64,000 bases of DNA. Origin: Squalus acanthias. Its lineage: Eukaryota. The notes beneath the pieces are model-generated. The model searched no databases and had not been told where the DNA came from. It worked only from the letters and a program-made list of their open reading frames with translations. Shown piece by piece: positions 1 to 13,400 of this stretch. The DNA is taken from assembly GCA_030390025.1 (NCBI GenBank), contig CM059432.1, positions 77,316,001 through 77,380,000 on the forward strand. The letters are read 5' to 3'. Numbering within the stretch: position 1 is the first letter of the stretch; the number at the start of each line of letters is the position of its first letter. Position numbers and translations under genes: made by a program.

Positions 1-160
1 GCACCATAATCATGTAAGTTATGTCAAAATGCAGCAATATGTCTCTTGCCCAAGATACTATAATGATGAAAATGGGGTATTATTCTTCTGTTTTATTCAT
101 CCACCCAAAAAAAAGCTTGCTAAGTAATTTTCCATGAAGGGTTGAACATTTGTGTTTTTC

Positions 161-522
161 TGTCTTAGATGAGATGTTAAACAAAATCTGCCTATTCAAG
201 TGGATGTAAAAGATTTCATGGCACTATTTAAAGAACAGCAGGGGAGTTCACACTGTTTATCCCTCAATCAACACCTCCAAAAGCTGATTAACTGGCCATT
301 TTTCTCAATGTTGTTTGTGGGGCTTTGCTATGAGCAGATTGGCTGCTGCATTTGCCTACAAAACAGTGGCTACACATGAATATCCCAGCATTTTCTGTTT
401 TTATTTCAGATTTCCAGCATCCGCAGTATTTTTCTTTTGTGACTACACTTCATTGACTGTGAAGTACTTTAGGAAGTCCTGAGCATGCGAAAGGCGTGAT
501 ATAAAAATAAGTTATTTCCTTT
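161..522 (+). mobile_element. Decayed 5'-truncated DeuSINE (SacSINE1-like) SINE
   Basis: Matches the reverse complement of the better copy at 60029-60502 (gtggatgtaaaagat..catggcactattt..caggggagt..tttatccct..attggctgc). It is interrupted by a PLE fragment. Confidence 0.65.
376..438 (+). mobile_element. Penelope-like 3' end (pLTR) fragment, family A
   Basis: ccagcattttctgtttttatttcagatttccagcatccgcagtattt resembles 30328-30375. Flanked by GTGGCTACAC (366-375) / GTGACTACAC (439-448). Confidence 0.7.
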
Positions 523-550
523 AAATCTCCTCTTAGTCTAATCTGCTCCA

Positions 551-639
551 AAATTGAGAAGTCGCACAACACCAGGTTATAGTCCAACAGATTTATTTAA
601 AATTACAAGCTTTCGGAGCTATCCTGCCCCTCCACATCA
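551..639 (-). mobile_element. Penelope-like 3' end fragment, family B (partial hammerhead)
   Basis: gagaagtcgcacaacaccaggttatagtccaacag..caagctttcggagct is shared with 30726-30790 and the reverse complement of 14146-14208. 12-bp TSD TAATCTGCTCCA at 539-550 and 640-651. Confidence 0.75.
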
Positions 640-1313
640 TAATCTGCTCCAGTGTAATTAATTCCAGTATCTTCATTCTCTACTCATAACAATTGTTACT
701 CATCACGGTATCATTCTGGTGAATCTATACTGTACATGCTCTATGGCTATAATGCTCTTTCAATAATAGGTTACCCAAAACTGCATGCAGTATTATTGGC
801 TTTTAATTACTTTATTAACTTATATTTATATATGAATTTTCAAGAAATTATGGGGGAAAAATTCGGTTGGTTAGCGCCTCCGGGGGACTCCAATGGGGCG
901 CTAGGAACTTAGCGCCTGAGCACAGCGATTTTAGCGTCGCTCGCAAAATTGACCGTCATTTTGCGGCGGCGCTAAACACTACCACCACAATCTCCTGCGC
1001 TCGCAGATCGTGACGTCAGTCGAGTGTGCAGCGCCCCGGACCGGATATTGAGTCCCGCCCCCTGCCTTACCGCCTGCCGCTAGGAACGACAGGTAGAAGG
1101 GAAGGTTTTCAAGTCGGGAAGGGGCTGGGGGAGCGCTATTTAAAGGCGGGCACTTCCTGCCTTTTCTTGTCAGCGAAATTTTTGGAACATGCAGGTTGAG
1201 AGGGAGAGAAACGTCTGGAGAGATTCGACGCGGTCCGAAGAAGTTTTGGGTCCTGCGAACCACTTTGGAGGTTAATTTTTATTTCACCTTCATATTAACG
1301 ATATTTAGAAGCT

Positions 1314-2470
1314 TTGATAGGGGCTACACTAACTCGGGGCGTCATCATCCAGCTGCACAATCGGAGGCAGCAGAGGCGCAGAGAGAGAGTGGCAAACGTG
1401 GCCAGAGGGAGGAGGGCCAACAGGCCTCTGCACAGGAAACCTTACCCTCCCAGAGTATTCCGGGAGCAATTCTCCTACATTCATTTGTCTGAGGAGCAGT
1501 GTTTCCGAAGGCTGCGCTTCAGCAAGGAGGTGGTCACTGAGCTCTGCCACCTCCTGCAACCAGATCTGCAGCCTCAGCTCAGGACCAGGACGTCTCTGTC
1601 GGTGGCAGTGAAGGTGACAATGGCTCTGAATTTTTAAGCCAGTGGCTTCTACTGGGGACATAAAGAATATCTCGCAGTTCGCTGTTCATTGTTGCATCTG
1701 GGAGGTGACAAAAGCTTTGTATAAGAGGAGACGCCAGTACATCTCTTTCCCGATGACCTGGGACAAATAGCGCGAACGCGCATGTGGTTTTGCGAGGATA
1801 GTGGGCTTCCCCATGGTGCAGGGCGCTATTGACTGCACGCACGTGGCATTGCGGGCACCACATGAAAATGCAGAGGTGTTCCAAAACCGCAAGGGCTTCC
1901 ACTCTTTAAATGTACAGTTGGTCTGTGACCACAGACAGCTCATACTTGCCGTCAATGCCCGCTATCCTGGCAGCACCCACGATGCTTTCATCCTGCGCCA
2001 GACTGGTGTGGCAGACCTCTTCCAAGCCCCACATCAACCAAGTGGCTGGCTCCTCGGGGACAAGGGTTATCCACTCTGCACCTGGCTGATGACCACTCCG
2101 AAACCCCAACACCCCTGCCGAGCTGCAGTATAATGAGAGCCATAGCGCCACCAAGAACCTCATAGAGCAGACGATCGGTGTCTTGAAACAACAGTTCCGG
2201 TGTCTGGACCACTCAGGAGGAGCCCTGCAGTACTCTCCCGAGCGAGTCTCCCTTTTCATTGTTGTGTGCTGCATGCTGCATAACATTGTGATCATGAGGA
2301 CCCAGCCATTGCCACCAGGGATTGGTGGACCACCTGAAGAGTAGGAGGAAGAGGGAGAGGAGGAGGATGAAGAGGAGGATCAGCAGCACTAACGTGGGAG
2401 GGAGGCACACAATGTTGCCACTGCAAGGACCATCCGTGAACAGCTCATAAGACACCGATTCCAACCCCTT
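1314..2470 (+). pseudogene. Harbinger (HARBI1-like DDE) transposase, disrupted
   Basis: Motifs FRRLRFSKE, GFPMVQGAIDCTHV, NRKGFHSLNVQLVCD, RYPGSTHDAFIL, WLLGDKGYPL, YNESH..IEQTIGVLK. In-frame stops (e.g. 1635-1637) and a frameshift near 2095. Confidence 0.92.
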
Positions 2471-2823
2471 ACTGAGAAGATGGCTTCTGGGATGAAGAAG
2501 CACATCATGGAAAGCATCCCGCACCCGCTATTGTCAGGCAAAGCTGCAATGAGTCAAATGACCAAAGATGTAAAGTTAGAATTAAAAAATGTATTTATAT
2601 TACAAACTCTGTGTCATTTATTCAGGACAAACAATTAGAAACCAACACAACAAATCATGAACTAACAAAACTCGTTCTCACAACATGGAGATAAACGGCA
2701 AAAGAGTAAACAAATATAATAACAAGAACCTCGAACTTTCCCACAAACATTCCCCCCATTTATTTACACATCCTACTGTTAGGCCTTCGAGGGTGATCTC
2801 CATCACCTGCACACTTCCCCCCT

Positions 2824-4758
2824 TCACACCCTACTGCTTCTCCGTAATGTGGCCCCAGTGGCTGCAGCAAGGCTGGTGGAAGGCTGCTGAGTCTGGGAGC
2901 CAGAGACTGCAGATGGCCTTGAAGGACGCCCTCGACCAGCTCTGGGCCTGGAGGGCGCGGCTGCAGACTGCACCAACTCTGCATGGGCGGCAGCAGTCTG
3001 GACTGGCTGTGTTGCAGGCCGTGCCAAGTGCAATGGCGGAGTGGTAGTGGTGGGAGCAGGAATGCTGTCATCCTGAGAGAGGACAGCACCTTCCTGCTTG
3101 ACCGACACACTGCCACTCCCATGGGGCAGTACCTCAGCATCCGGAGCAATCTGCTCAGGCACAGATTGCTGGCCTGCTGCAGTACCATGAGATCCCTGAG
3201 GGACTGTGGGCGACCCAGCGAGGATGGCAGCAGTCAGTGCTTGTATGACATCAACCTGAGACTGCATCAGAGCAGTCTGAGACTTGATGGTACCAGCCAA
3301 TGACTCAATTGTAGCACTAAGCTGTTGCGTTGCGTCGGCCTGTGCTGCATTGGATCCTGCCACCTCACCCATTACACGCGGCATGGGCTCGGGTTCACCA
3401 CGGTCTCCCTGCAATTCCACCATCCTCTGCAACGAGGCAAGGATGGGTTCAAGGGTTTGCGCACAAATGACAGCTGTGCTAGCGGCGGACTCCTCCACGC
3501 TCCTAGCCAGTCCATCCATGCTTTTGGGCACCCTTGCCATTGCACCCATGAGCTCAGTGTGCATGCTCAAGGCCTGGGTATTCATGGCCGTGATGTCAAG
3601 GTCCTCATCCGAGTCCTGTGCAGCAGAACTCGCGCGTCTACTCGCCCTCCAGGGAGAAGGCCCCCGAGCTTCCCTACCCCCATGGCGTTGCTGCAGCCCG
3701 CTGGGTCCAGGAGCTTTGCCCTCATCAGACCCTACCCCACTGCTCCCCTCCATGGCCCCAGTGACTTGATTTGTCACCCTCGGGAGACGCAGGCGCTGAG
3801 GCTCCAGCTTCCTCTTCCTCCTCGTCTGGGGCGTCGCTGCCACTGGCAGGTTGAGGGATAGGCTGGTCAGTTGGTGGTTCACTATCTGAAAGCAGGAAGG
3901 TACAAGAGTGGCTTTAGCGTGAGGGCAGGGGGGCAGGAAGGGAGCAAGGGCTGGAGACAGTTAGTTGGATTGAAAGTGTAGAAGGCTGATGTTGTGAGGG
4001 GCAAGTGGTATGAGAGAGGAGAGAAAGTTGATGAACATACCATTGCTATCCCCAAGGCGGTCGACCTCCCCAGCGGCCACAGCACCTATGACCTGGCTGG
4101 CAACGATCCTGTGCACTGTCGGCTCCAAATTGGTCAGGGGGTGTAGGTCAGCCGGTCCTCCTCCCGTGCGTTGCTGCTGCCGCCTGTTATGAGAGAGCTT
4201 GGCTTGCAAGAAAAAGGACAGCGTCTGAGTGAGTGTGCAGTCATGTGTTGCACATAGCTGAATAGCCCTTAATGTGTACATTCGTTTGTTTGCCTGATGT
4301 GCCTCCCATAGTTGAATAGCCCTTAATGTGTGCAAGGTGTGGAATGTGCATGTGTCTTTTTTGAGATGGCCATAGATCTTGGATGAGTGCTGTGCATTTG
4401 GGTTTTTAAACCCTTTGGGCACAGAGTGAAGTTGAGATGGAGGGATGTAGAGGTATTGAAAAGCAGCTACTCACCCTGACGACCCGAGTGAGGTCGTTGA
4501 ACTTCTTCCTACACTGAGTGTGACTCCTCGGCAACAGGCTCCTTGAGGAGACGTGCTGAGCCACCTCCCTCCACACTCTTCGGTACTCCCGGGGCAATGG
4601 CCTCCTGCCACTCTCTGGGTACAGCACTGCCCGTCGGTGCTCAACAGCACCAACCAGAGCCACCAAGGCCTGGTCGCTAAAGCGACGAGCTCTCTCCCTG
4701 GGCCTATCCATCAGTCCTCTCAGCACAATAGTAGTAGGTCTTTCCAGCTCCAGAGTCA
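2824..4758 (-). pseudogene. Harbinger Myb/SANT-like DNA-binding protein gene, three exons (~4475-4758, 4041-4203, 2824-3885)
   Basis: Exon 1 RARRFSDQALVALV..VWREVA..QCRKKFNDL with GTGAGT donor at 4474. Exon 2 AKLSHNRR..RTGGGP with GTATGT donor at 4040; its acceptor reads CAA instead of CAG. Exon 3 has an acceptor at 3886 and appears frameshifted. Confidence 0.85.
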
Positions 4759-5072
4759 TTGCTGCAATGAGAAGAGTGTGGCTGACTAGCAAGATGGATC
4801 TTCCCCTTTAAGAACTGGCCAGCGCCAGTCTGTCTGGGTTCCATGCTAATTGTCATCGCTTGAGCTCCGGTAGCATTTTGTGCTAGCACCTCGCTCCCCG
4901 ACGTTAGCGCCTTAAGAGAGGTGTGTAGCGCTTGATTTACCGCTCAAATCACCTCCAGGGGCGATAGAGGCGAATTTTGCAGTCGGAGGCGATAATTAGC
5001 GCCAGGCGCTAAACTTTGCGCCTGGCTAATATTAGCGCCCCAAAATGGGTGATACCCAATTTTTCCCCTTAT

Positions 5073-7930
5073 TTCTTTGACCCCTAGATCTCTCTTCAGT
5101 ATCAAGAGTGTGTAGTCCTATTTCTTGTTTTCTCATACTTCTCTACAGTAAACTGCCCCAGCCATCTGCTTCCCTATTCCACCAACCTATCTGTGTCCTC
5201 CTAAATTATTTTATAGTCCTCTTTACTGTTTGCCAATCCCTTTTGAGACTTTTGTATCATCAGAGTATTTCAAGCTTGTGCTCCCTGTGCCCAAGTCAAA
5301 ATCATCCAGATACAGAGAACAAAAATGAACTGATCCCTGGGTGTGCCATTTCCAACCCCTTTCCAATCCAAGCAACAGCCATTTACCCTAATCATTTGTT
5401 TCCTGTCTGTCAACCAACTTTCTATACCTGCTGCTAAACAGGGTAGAGGAGCAGAGCGATCTGGGGGTACAGATATGCAAATCACTAAAAGTAGCGGTGC
5501 TGGTTAATAAGGCCATAAAAAAGCAAACAACGCACTGGGGTTCATTTCTGGAGGGATAGAATTGAAAAACAGAGAAGTTATGTTAAACTTGTATAGAACC
5601 TTGGTTAGACCACACTTGGAGTACTGTGAACAGATCTGGTCTCCATATTATACAAAAGATATGGAGGCACTGGAGAAGCTGCAAAAAAGATTTACTAGAA
5701 TATAAGAACATAAGAAACAGGAGCAGGAGTAGGCCATTTGGCCCTTCGAGCCTGCTCCGCCATTCAATAAGATCATGGCTGATCTTCTACCTCATCTCCC
5801 CTTTCCTGCACTATCCCTATATCCCTTGATTCCCTTAATATTCAAAAATCTAGCGATCTCTGTCTTGATTATACTCAACGACTGAGCCTCCACAGCCCTC
5901 TGGGGTAGAGAATTCCAAAGGTTCACCACCCTCTGAGTGAAGAAATTTCTTCTCATCTCAGTCCTAAATGGCCGACCCCTTATTCTGAGACTGTGACCCC
6001 TGGTTCTAGACTCCTCAGCCAGGGGAAACATCCTCCCTGCATCTTCCCTGTCAAGCCCTGTAAGAATTTTGTATGTTTCAATGAGATCACCTCTCATTCT
6101 TCTAAACTCTAGAGAATATAGGCCTAGTCTACTGAATGTCCTCATAGGACAATCCCCCCATCCCAGGAACCTAGTCTGGTGAACCTTTGTTGCACTCCCT
6201 CTATGGCAAGTATATCCTTCCTTTGGTAAGGAGACCCAAACTGTACACAATATTCCAGGTGTGGTCTCACCAGGGCCCTATATAATTGCAGTAAGACGTC
6301 CTTACTCTTATACTCAAATCCTCTTGTAATAAAGGCCAACATACCATTTGCTTTCCTAATTGCTTGCTGTACCTGCATGTTAACTTTCAGTGATTCGTGT
6401 ACAAGGACACCCAGGTCCCTCTGAACACCAACATTTCCCAATCTCTCACCAAACGAATGGAAGGATATGTTAACAGGGTTAGATGAAGAAGGGTGGGAGG
6501 AGGCTTGTGTGGAGCATTAACACCGGCATGGACCTGTTGTGCTAAATGGCCTGTTTCTGTGCTGTAAATACTAGGTAATACTGATCCCTGAATGTGCCAT
6601 TTCCAACCCGTTTCCAATGCAAGCCACAGCCATTTACCCTAACCATTTGTTTCCTGTCTGTCAACCAACTTTCTATACCCTGCTGTTACATTTCCTCTTA
6701 TACCATACACCTAAATTTTTAACACGCCTTCTTAGAAACACCTTACTGAACGCCTTCTGAAAATTCATGTACGTAACATCTACCGAACTCCCTTCATCTA
6801 TCTAATTAGTCACCTCTTCAATATTTTAATTACATTTTCGAAATATGACTTGCCTTTAACAAACCCATTCTGGCTATCCTTAATTATCCCATACACCTCT
6901 AAACGCTCACTAATTTGATTCCAAATTATGGATTCTAAGATTTTGCCCAGAAATTATTTTAGAATAACTGATCCAGTTACCCAATTTATCCTTCTTTCCC
7001 ATCTTGAACGAGGTGTTATATTGGCATCCGTCCAGTCCCCCTGTACAATTTGCAAACTAAGGAAGACTGAAAAATTCTGGCCAGAGCCTCTGTTATCTAC
7101 TTGCTAACTTATTTCAACAGCCTAAGGGGCATGCTATCAGGCCCCAGTGACTTATCCACTTTGAGTCTGTTATTCTTTTCTGAACTAAAACCTTTTCTAC
7201 AGTTATCTCCAACAGTTGTTCCACAACCTCCTCCAGGACACCTATATTCTCACTTCCACCTTTAGTTTTAAACACCAAGGCAAAGTATTTACTTAATATA
7301 CCCACCATACCTTTATCAGCCACAACTATATTCCAGTTCATCCCCAAGCAGTCCTAACCTCTCGTTAATTATTCTTTTGCTTTTAATATACTTATAAAAG
7401 CTCTTACTATTTACTTTGTTATTTGCTAACATCTTATCATATTTCCTTTTAGCCTTTTTAATATTTATTTTTGCCTCCCTAGATTTATTATATGTCTTTT
7501 AAGTTTCAGTTTACTTTTGATCTTTACTTATGCACAGAACTCTAACCTCTTTAATACCCTATTTTTGCCTTGGAGGAATATTTCCCACTGTGGATCTATT
7601 GTCCTGTTTGCTAACTTTTTGTTCAGTTAATTTGGGTCAGATCCCTATTTATCTTGTTGAAGTTTGCTTTTTTTCTAGTCCAACTCCCTAATCTATGACT
7701 TTTCATTATCCTTTTCTGTTTTCACATTGAACCTAATTCCATTATGGTTGCTATTTTCCAATTGTTATCCTACTCTCACACTGCTTATTTGTCCCACTTC
7801 ATTTCCAAGAACTAAATCAAGCAATGCTTCTTCCCTTTTTGGACTGGAAACATACTGATCTAGGATGCAGTCTTGAATGCATTCTAAAAGCATTCCACAC
7901 TTTGATCATTATATTATCTTAATCTATATT
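5073..7930 (-). mobile_element. Stack of CR1 LINE fragments: old minus-strand CR1, a plus-strand CR1 3' part (~5437-6579) and a nested minus-strand CR1 3' end (~5702-6447)
   Basis: RT thumb/C-terminal motifs (LYRALVRPHLEYCVQF, RRMRGDLIETYKIL, FFTQRVVNLWNSLP) and (ATAAGAAC)n tail at 5702. Confidence 0.85.
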
Positions 7931-7989
7931 TGCCATTATTTGCTGTTGATTAATTTTGGACAGAATGTTAAAAGGTATTCAGAGCTTTA

Positions 7990-9757
7990 GGGCTCGATTT
8001 TGCCAGGCCCAAGGAGGCGGGATTGGAGGCGTGTGAGGTGTTAAAATCGCAAAAAATGGCGGGCGGCACCGATCCTGCCTCCAGCCCACCTCCGAGCAAT
8101 TTCCTCAGAATCGGGGTTTCAGACCCCGTTTCCATCCCGCTCCACGGGATAGGCCCTTAAGGCCCTTAACTACCAGTTAAGTGCCTCTATAATCCAATTT
8201 TGAGAGGCCTTTCTGAATTTAACACTTTTCCCCCGTGCTGCACGTCTCCTCTGGAACACGCCAGTTAAACCTGGCGGCCTCACAAGTGGATGTCTTACTA
8301 ACAGCTGCAGCTCCACCATTAAAAAGGAGTTTTCAGCAATCATCATTTGCAGGTGGCAGAACATTGTTGTCTCAGGTCTGGGGGAACTTTTAGCATTGTT
8401 GTGGAAATTTGGAGCCTGAGACCCATCTCCAGTGTGACCGCCTGGGAAACCCCTCTCCCCACCTTGACTGAGCGCTTCCTCAACTGAGGTATATACCAGA
8501 AGAATGGGAACCATTTATTTCCTTTCCTCCTGGACAGTGGGGAGGGGGGCTGTCGCTGGTCCTGTGGGGGAGTAAAGGAAAGAGTTAGACATGTGAGATA
8601 AACGTTGCATGCACATTGAATTGTGCAGATGATCATAAGTCAATCTGTGAGAGCATCAGAATCAATATCAGTCACTCATGCAATGTCAATGAGAGAGATG
8701 AAAAACTATTCTGTCACCAGCTTGCTCTGATGCGCCCGTCTGTCCGTCCCCCACTTGCGCATCCTCCTCCACTCCCACGATCTGCAGGGCCGCCACCTCC
8801 GCAATGGTGAGCTGGGCTATTGAGGGTGGCCCTCCTCCTGTCCTCGTCCTCTCCCTCTTATTGTGGGCTCTCTTTTCCTGCAATGAGGAACACAAGTGGA
8901 GTTTGAGTGAGAATGAAGGAGTGAGTGTAGAGAATCCATAGCATAGATGCTTAGAAGGACACAAAGATGGAGTGAGGTGCCAAGACCAAGGGCCCTCCCT
9001 GTGTGTTGTAAGTTGTTGTCATTGCATCACAGTGATAGGGAATATGAGGGCTGCATAGTCGAATAGTTAAGTAAATGTGAACTTACAGAGAGAGGGAATG
9101 GGTAAGGGTGCAGGGATGTAAGGGTGAAGTGGTATGTAGAGGAGGAGGTTGACAAGGTAGAGTGCTGGTGATGAGAGGCGATGGGGATCAGATTGAGGGT
9201 CATGGGGATGGAATACTCACTTTTCCTGTGCGGAGAAGGTCATGAAACCTCTTTTGGGACTGCAGCCAGGTTCTGCTGCACATTGAAATGGCATTCACCT
9301 CCTGTGCCACTTGAAGCCACACAGCTTTGGTCTGTTGTGGAGGCTTTTTCCTCCCTGAGGAAGGAAAGAGCACTTCCTTGTTTGCTCTTGCTCCGTCTAC
9401 CAGAGCTTGGAGGGAGGCCTCATCGAATCTGGGTGCACACTTTGGCCTGGTGCTGGACATAGTTGCAGTAGTAATCCCTCAGAAGTATGGTCATAAAGTT
9501 GTAAGGCTGAAAAAGAACCAAGGCTGCTTGCAGGCCTTAAATCTAGCTGCATTGATGACGTCATCAGAGGCGAGTTTCAGTATCAAAAGACTCATTGGGC
9601 CAGGGGTTCCCACACGCTGGAAATCAAGTGCCCAATTAGGGCAAAATCGCACTTTTGTCCCGCCTCACATTGGAGGCAGGGTCTGGATACGACGACCACC
9701 TGACACGCCGACCACCTGACATGCCCCCAACCCGCCCCCAATGACAAAATCCAGCCC
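7990..9757 (-). mobile_element. Non-autonomous Harbinger derivative retaining only the Myb/SANT gene
   Basis: TIRs GGGCTCGATTTTG / CAAAATCCAGCCC. TTA TSD at 7987-7989 and 9758-9760. No transposase motifs seen. Confidence 0.88.
8515..9460 (-). CDS. Predicted spliced, C-terminally truncated Myb/SANT-like protein, 148 aa (exons 9221-9460, 8718-8877, 8515-8561)
   Basis: MSSTRPKCAPRFDEASLQALV..WLQVAQEV..RTWLQSQKRFHDLLRTGK | EKRAHNKRERTRTGGGPP.. | GPATAPLPTVQEERK*. GT/AG sites give an open frame. Expression unknown. Confidence 0.5.
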
Positions 9758-10495
9758 TTACATTCTGACAGCCTGTATTTCTCACCAATGAAAGATTTTT
9801 TTAGGAAGCAGGGAGATGGTGGTTAACATAGATATGGTGATTAGCAGTAAAGAGGAATTCAGCATGTGCTATTGTGGCAATTCAAAGATCTTAACTTGTA
9901 GAACTTTATTCCATGAAATGACATGATGCCATAATAGAATTTCTTTTATCCAATTTTTCTCCAATACAAACAGCTTTTACTATACACATTGAGGAATCTA
10001 ATTAATACTAAGTGGCAATAAGGTTTGTATGAATGTTAAGCAAATTGGTTAAATGCAGAAAAATAGATCACCACCTAATAGCATAAGATTCTATTGAGGT
10101 AAAGTGCTTTGTAACATTGTAATTAGAACATTTTGCTTTCATAGTGTACAATGAAAAATCCTGTTATAATTCAACAAGATTTTAAAGTAATTGTGTTTTA
10201 AATTGGTTAATTGGGTTGATTTCCACAGGGGTTTTCCCAATTGTCTGCTGTAACTTCTGCGGAAGAGCCACAGAAATCCCAGAGAAATTGAGTAAACACC
10301 ATCCAATCCCTCAGTACAATAGAGGATGGAGAGAAAGCAAGAGATCTCCAACAGTTGCTTTGGCAGCAGCTCATTGAAGAGCGCTTCAGCTGAACAAATT
10401 CCTGCTCCCCTGCATTAATAGTCCTTTTCCATATCTCTCCCAGTCCTTCCACCCTCCAATAAACTGCATCCGCACGACATTGATATTCACGTGAA

Positions 10496-13400
10496 TTAAC
10501 ATTGTAGGAAATTCTCAGCAATAATTCTTGCATCGTCTGGTAATTTGCAAGACTTTTGAAATAATAACACTCTTTCAGAGACTTCTTGGCATGATGACTG
10601 TGTATATGTGAGATGATATTGCTGCCCAACACACAGTCCAGCCATTACTTTAGAATCAACAAAAACTGAACTACAGGTGTTGAAGAAGGAAGGCAATATA
10701 TATTTCCAGCTCAGGTTTCAGAAACTACAACAGAGTCTCACAAGTACAGCAGGATTATTTCTCTTACATAATAGAGTTACATAATACAAATTGATTATTT
10801 CTGCAAAATGCAGTGAGTGGAGGATAGTTACTTAATGCAAATGATGTGTGTAAAGTCAATCACAGTTATTTACAGGCATAATTGATGGGGGAATTACCCA
10901 ATCATCTCCATTCTGGCCAGGACTTGTGGTGTCACTGTATGCAGTCTCTGAATAAAGTGCTGTCATAAATTAAGGTCAAAGACACAATGGTGCATTCTTT
11001 GCATAGAACCATTGTTCACACCTTCCCCAGGCCTCCCATGTCTATTGACACTTAAACTATTATAATCTGATTAGCCCTGGAATAACGTTTTGGCATCCTG
11101 GTTAATCTTTTCCTCGTGGGGAAATCTAGAACTCGGGGGGCATAGTTTCAGAATAAAGGGTCGCCCTTTTAGAACTGAGATGAGGAGGAATTTCTTCTCT
11201 CAGAGGGTCGTAAATCTGTGGAATTCTCTGCCCCAGAGAGCTATGGAGGCTGGGTCATTAAATACATTTAAGGTGGAGATAGACAAATTTTTGCAAGATA
11301 AGGGAGTGAAGGGTTATGGGGAGCGGGCGGGGAAGTGGCTTTGAGCCCTAGATCAGCCATGAATGGCGGAGCAGGCTCGAGGGGCCAAGTGGCCTATTCC
11401 TGCCCCTATTTCTTATGTTCTTATAAAACGGCTGTGTGTGTCTTGCTTTCAGCTGGGCTCCAGCCCCCATATTTAACTAAGGAGAAACATTTTCTATCTT
11501 AACTTTAGTTATTCAACATAAATTACCCAACAACAACAATAACTTGTATTTATATAGTGCCTTTAACATAGTAAAACGTCCCAAGGCGCTTCACAGGAGT
11601 ATTATAAGACAAAAAATTTGACACCAAGCCACATAAGGGGAAATTAGGGCAGCTGACCAAAAGTTTGGTCAAAGAGGAAGGTTTTAAGGAGCTTCTTAAA
11701 GGAGGAAAGAGAGATGGAGAGGTTTAGGCAGGGAATTCCAGAGGTTAGGGCCTAGGCAACAGAAGGCACGGCCACCTATGGTTGAGCGATTATAATCAGG
11801 GATGCTCAAGAGGGCAGAATTAGAGGAGCGCAGATATCTCGGTGGAGTTGTGGGGCTGGAGGAGATTACAGAGTTAGGGAGGGGCAAGGGCCATGGAGGG
11901 ATTGGAAAACAAGGATGAGAACTTTGAAATCGAGATGTTGCTTAACTGGGAGCCAATGTAGGTCAACGAGCACAGGGGTGATGGGTGAATGGGAATTGGT
12001 GCGAGTTAGGACACGGGCAGCCAAGTTTTGGATGACCTCAAGTTTACATAGGGTAGAACGTGGGAGGCCAGCCAGGAGTGCGTTGGAATAGAGTCATAGC
12101 GTCATTACGGCACAGAAGGAGGCCATTCGGCCCATCAAGTCCATGCCAGCTCTCTGTAGAGCAATCCAGTCAGTCCCATTCCCACGCTCTATCCCCGTAG
12201 CCCTGCAAGTCAAGTCTAGAGGTGACAAAAGCATGGATGAGGGTTTCAGCAGTGGATGAGCAGAGGCAAGGGCAGAGACGGGTGATGTTACAGAGATGGA
12301 AATAGGCGGTCTTAATTATGCCGCGGATATGTGGTCAGAAGCTCATTTCAGGGTCAAATATGACACCAAGGTTGCGAACACTGTGGTTCAGCCTCAGACA
12401 GATGTTAGGGAGATGGATGGAGTCAGTGGCTAGGGAACGGAGTTTGTGGAGGGGACCGAAAACAATGGTCTATAGGAAGGATGTGATTGCATTGGAGAGG
12501 GTGCAGAGGAGATTCACCAGGATGTTACCTGGGCTGGAGCGCTTCAGCTATGAAGAGAGACTGGACAGACTGGGGTTGTTTTCCTTAGAGCAGAGACGGC
12601 TGAGGGGGGACCTGATTGAGGTGTACAAAATTGTGAGGGGCATAGATAGGGTAGATAGAAAGGAACTTTTCCCCTTAGTAGAGGGGTCAATAACCAGGGG
12701 GCATAGTTTCAAGGTAAGGGGCAGGAGGTTTAGAGGGGATTGGAGGAAAAACTTTTTCACCCAGAGGGTGGTTGGAATCTGGAACTCACTGTCTGAAAGG
12801 GTGGTAGAGGCAGGAACCCTCACAACATTCAAGAAGCATTTAGATGAGCACTTGAAACGCCATAGCATACAAGGCTACGGACCAAGTGCTGGAAAATGGG
12901 ATTAGAATAGATAGGGCTTGATGGCCGGCGCGGACACGATGGGCCGAAGGGCCTCTTTCTGTGCTGTATAACTCTATGACTCTATGACTATTCCTAATAT
13001 TTAATTGGCGAAAATTTCTGCTCATCCAGAACTGGATATTGGACAAGCAGTCTGACAATTTAGAGACCGTGGAGGGGTCGAGAGAAGTGGTCGTGAGGTA
13101 GAGCTGGGTGTCGTCAGCGTACATGTGGAAACTGATGCTGTGTTTTCGGATGATGTCGCCAAGGGGCAGCATGTAGATGAGAAATAGGAGGGGGACAAGG
13201 ATAGATCCTTGGGGGACAAGGATAGATCCTTGGGGAACATCAGAGGTAACAATGCGGGAGCGGGAAGAGAAGCTGTTGCAGGTGATTCTCTGGCTATGAT
13301 TAGATAGATAAGAATGGAACCAGGTGATGTACCCTGTACATCTATGGCCATATAACAAAGAAAAATATAAATATTTTCCTAATTAAATAAAAAATGAATC

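Larger units (their letters stand above)
852..5069 (+). mobile_element. PIF/Harbinger DNA transposon, full-length but decayed (convergent transposase and Myb/SANT genes)
   Basis: TIRs GGGGAAAAATTCGGT (853-867) and ACCCAATTTTTCCCC (5054-5068). TAT on both flanks. Two convergent genes typical of Harbinger. Inserted into an old minus-strand CR1. Confidence 0.92.

Noticed and set aside
1314..2470. Domesticated HARBI1 gene
   Set aside because: It has stops and a frameshift and lies between TIRs with a partner Myb gene, so it is a transposon copy.
10496..10580. Lipocalin/apolipoprotein M assignment from ERVLLFQKS..P..C
   Set aside because: Only a loose pattern resemblance from memory. No signal peptide or N-terminal GxW motif is visible.
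10207..10632. 141-aa ORF as a gene
   Set aside because: No recognisable motif and a non-ATG start. It overlaps the better supported spliced frame.
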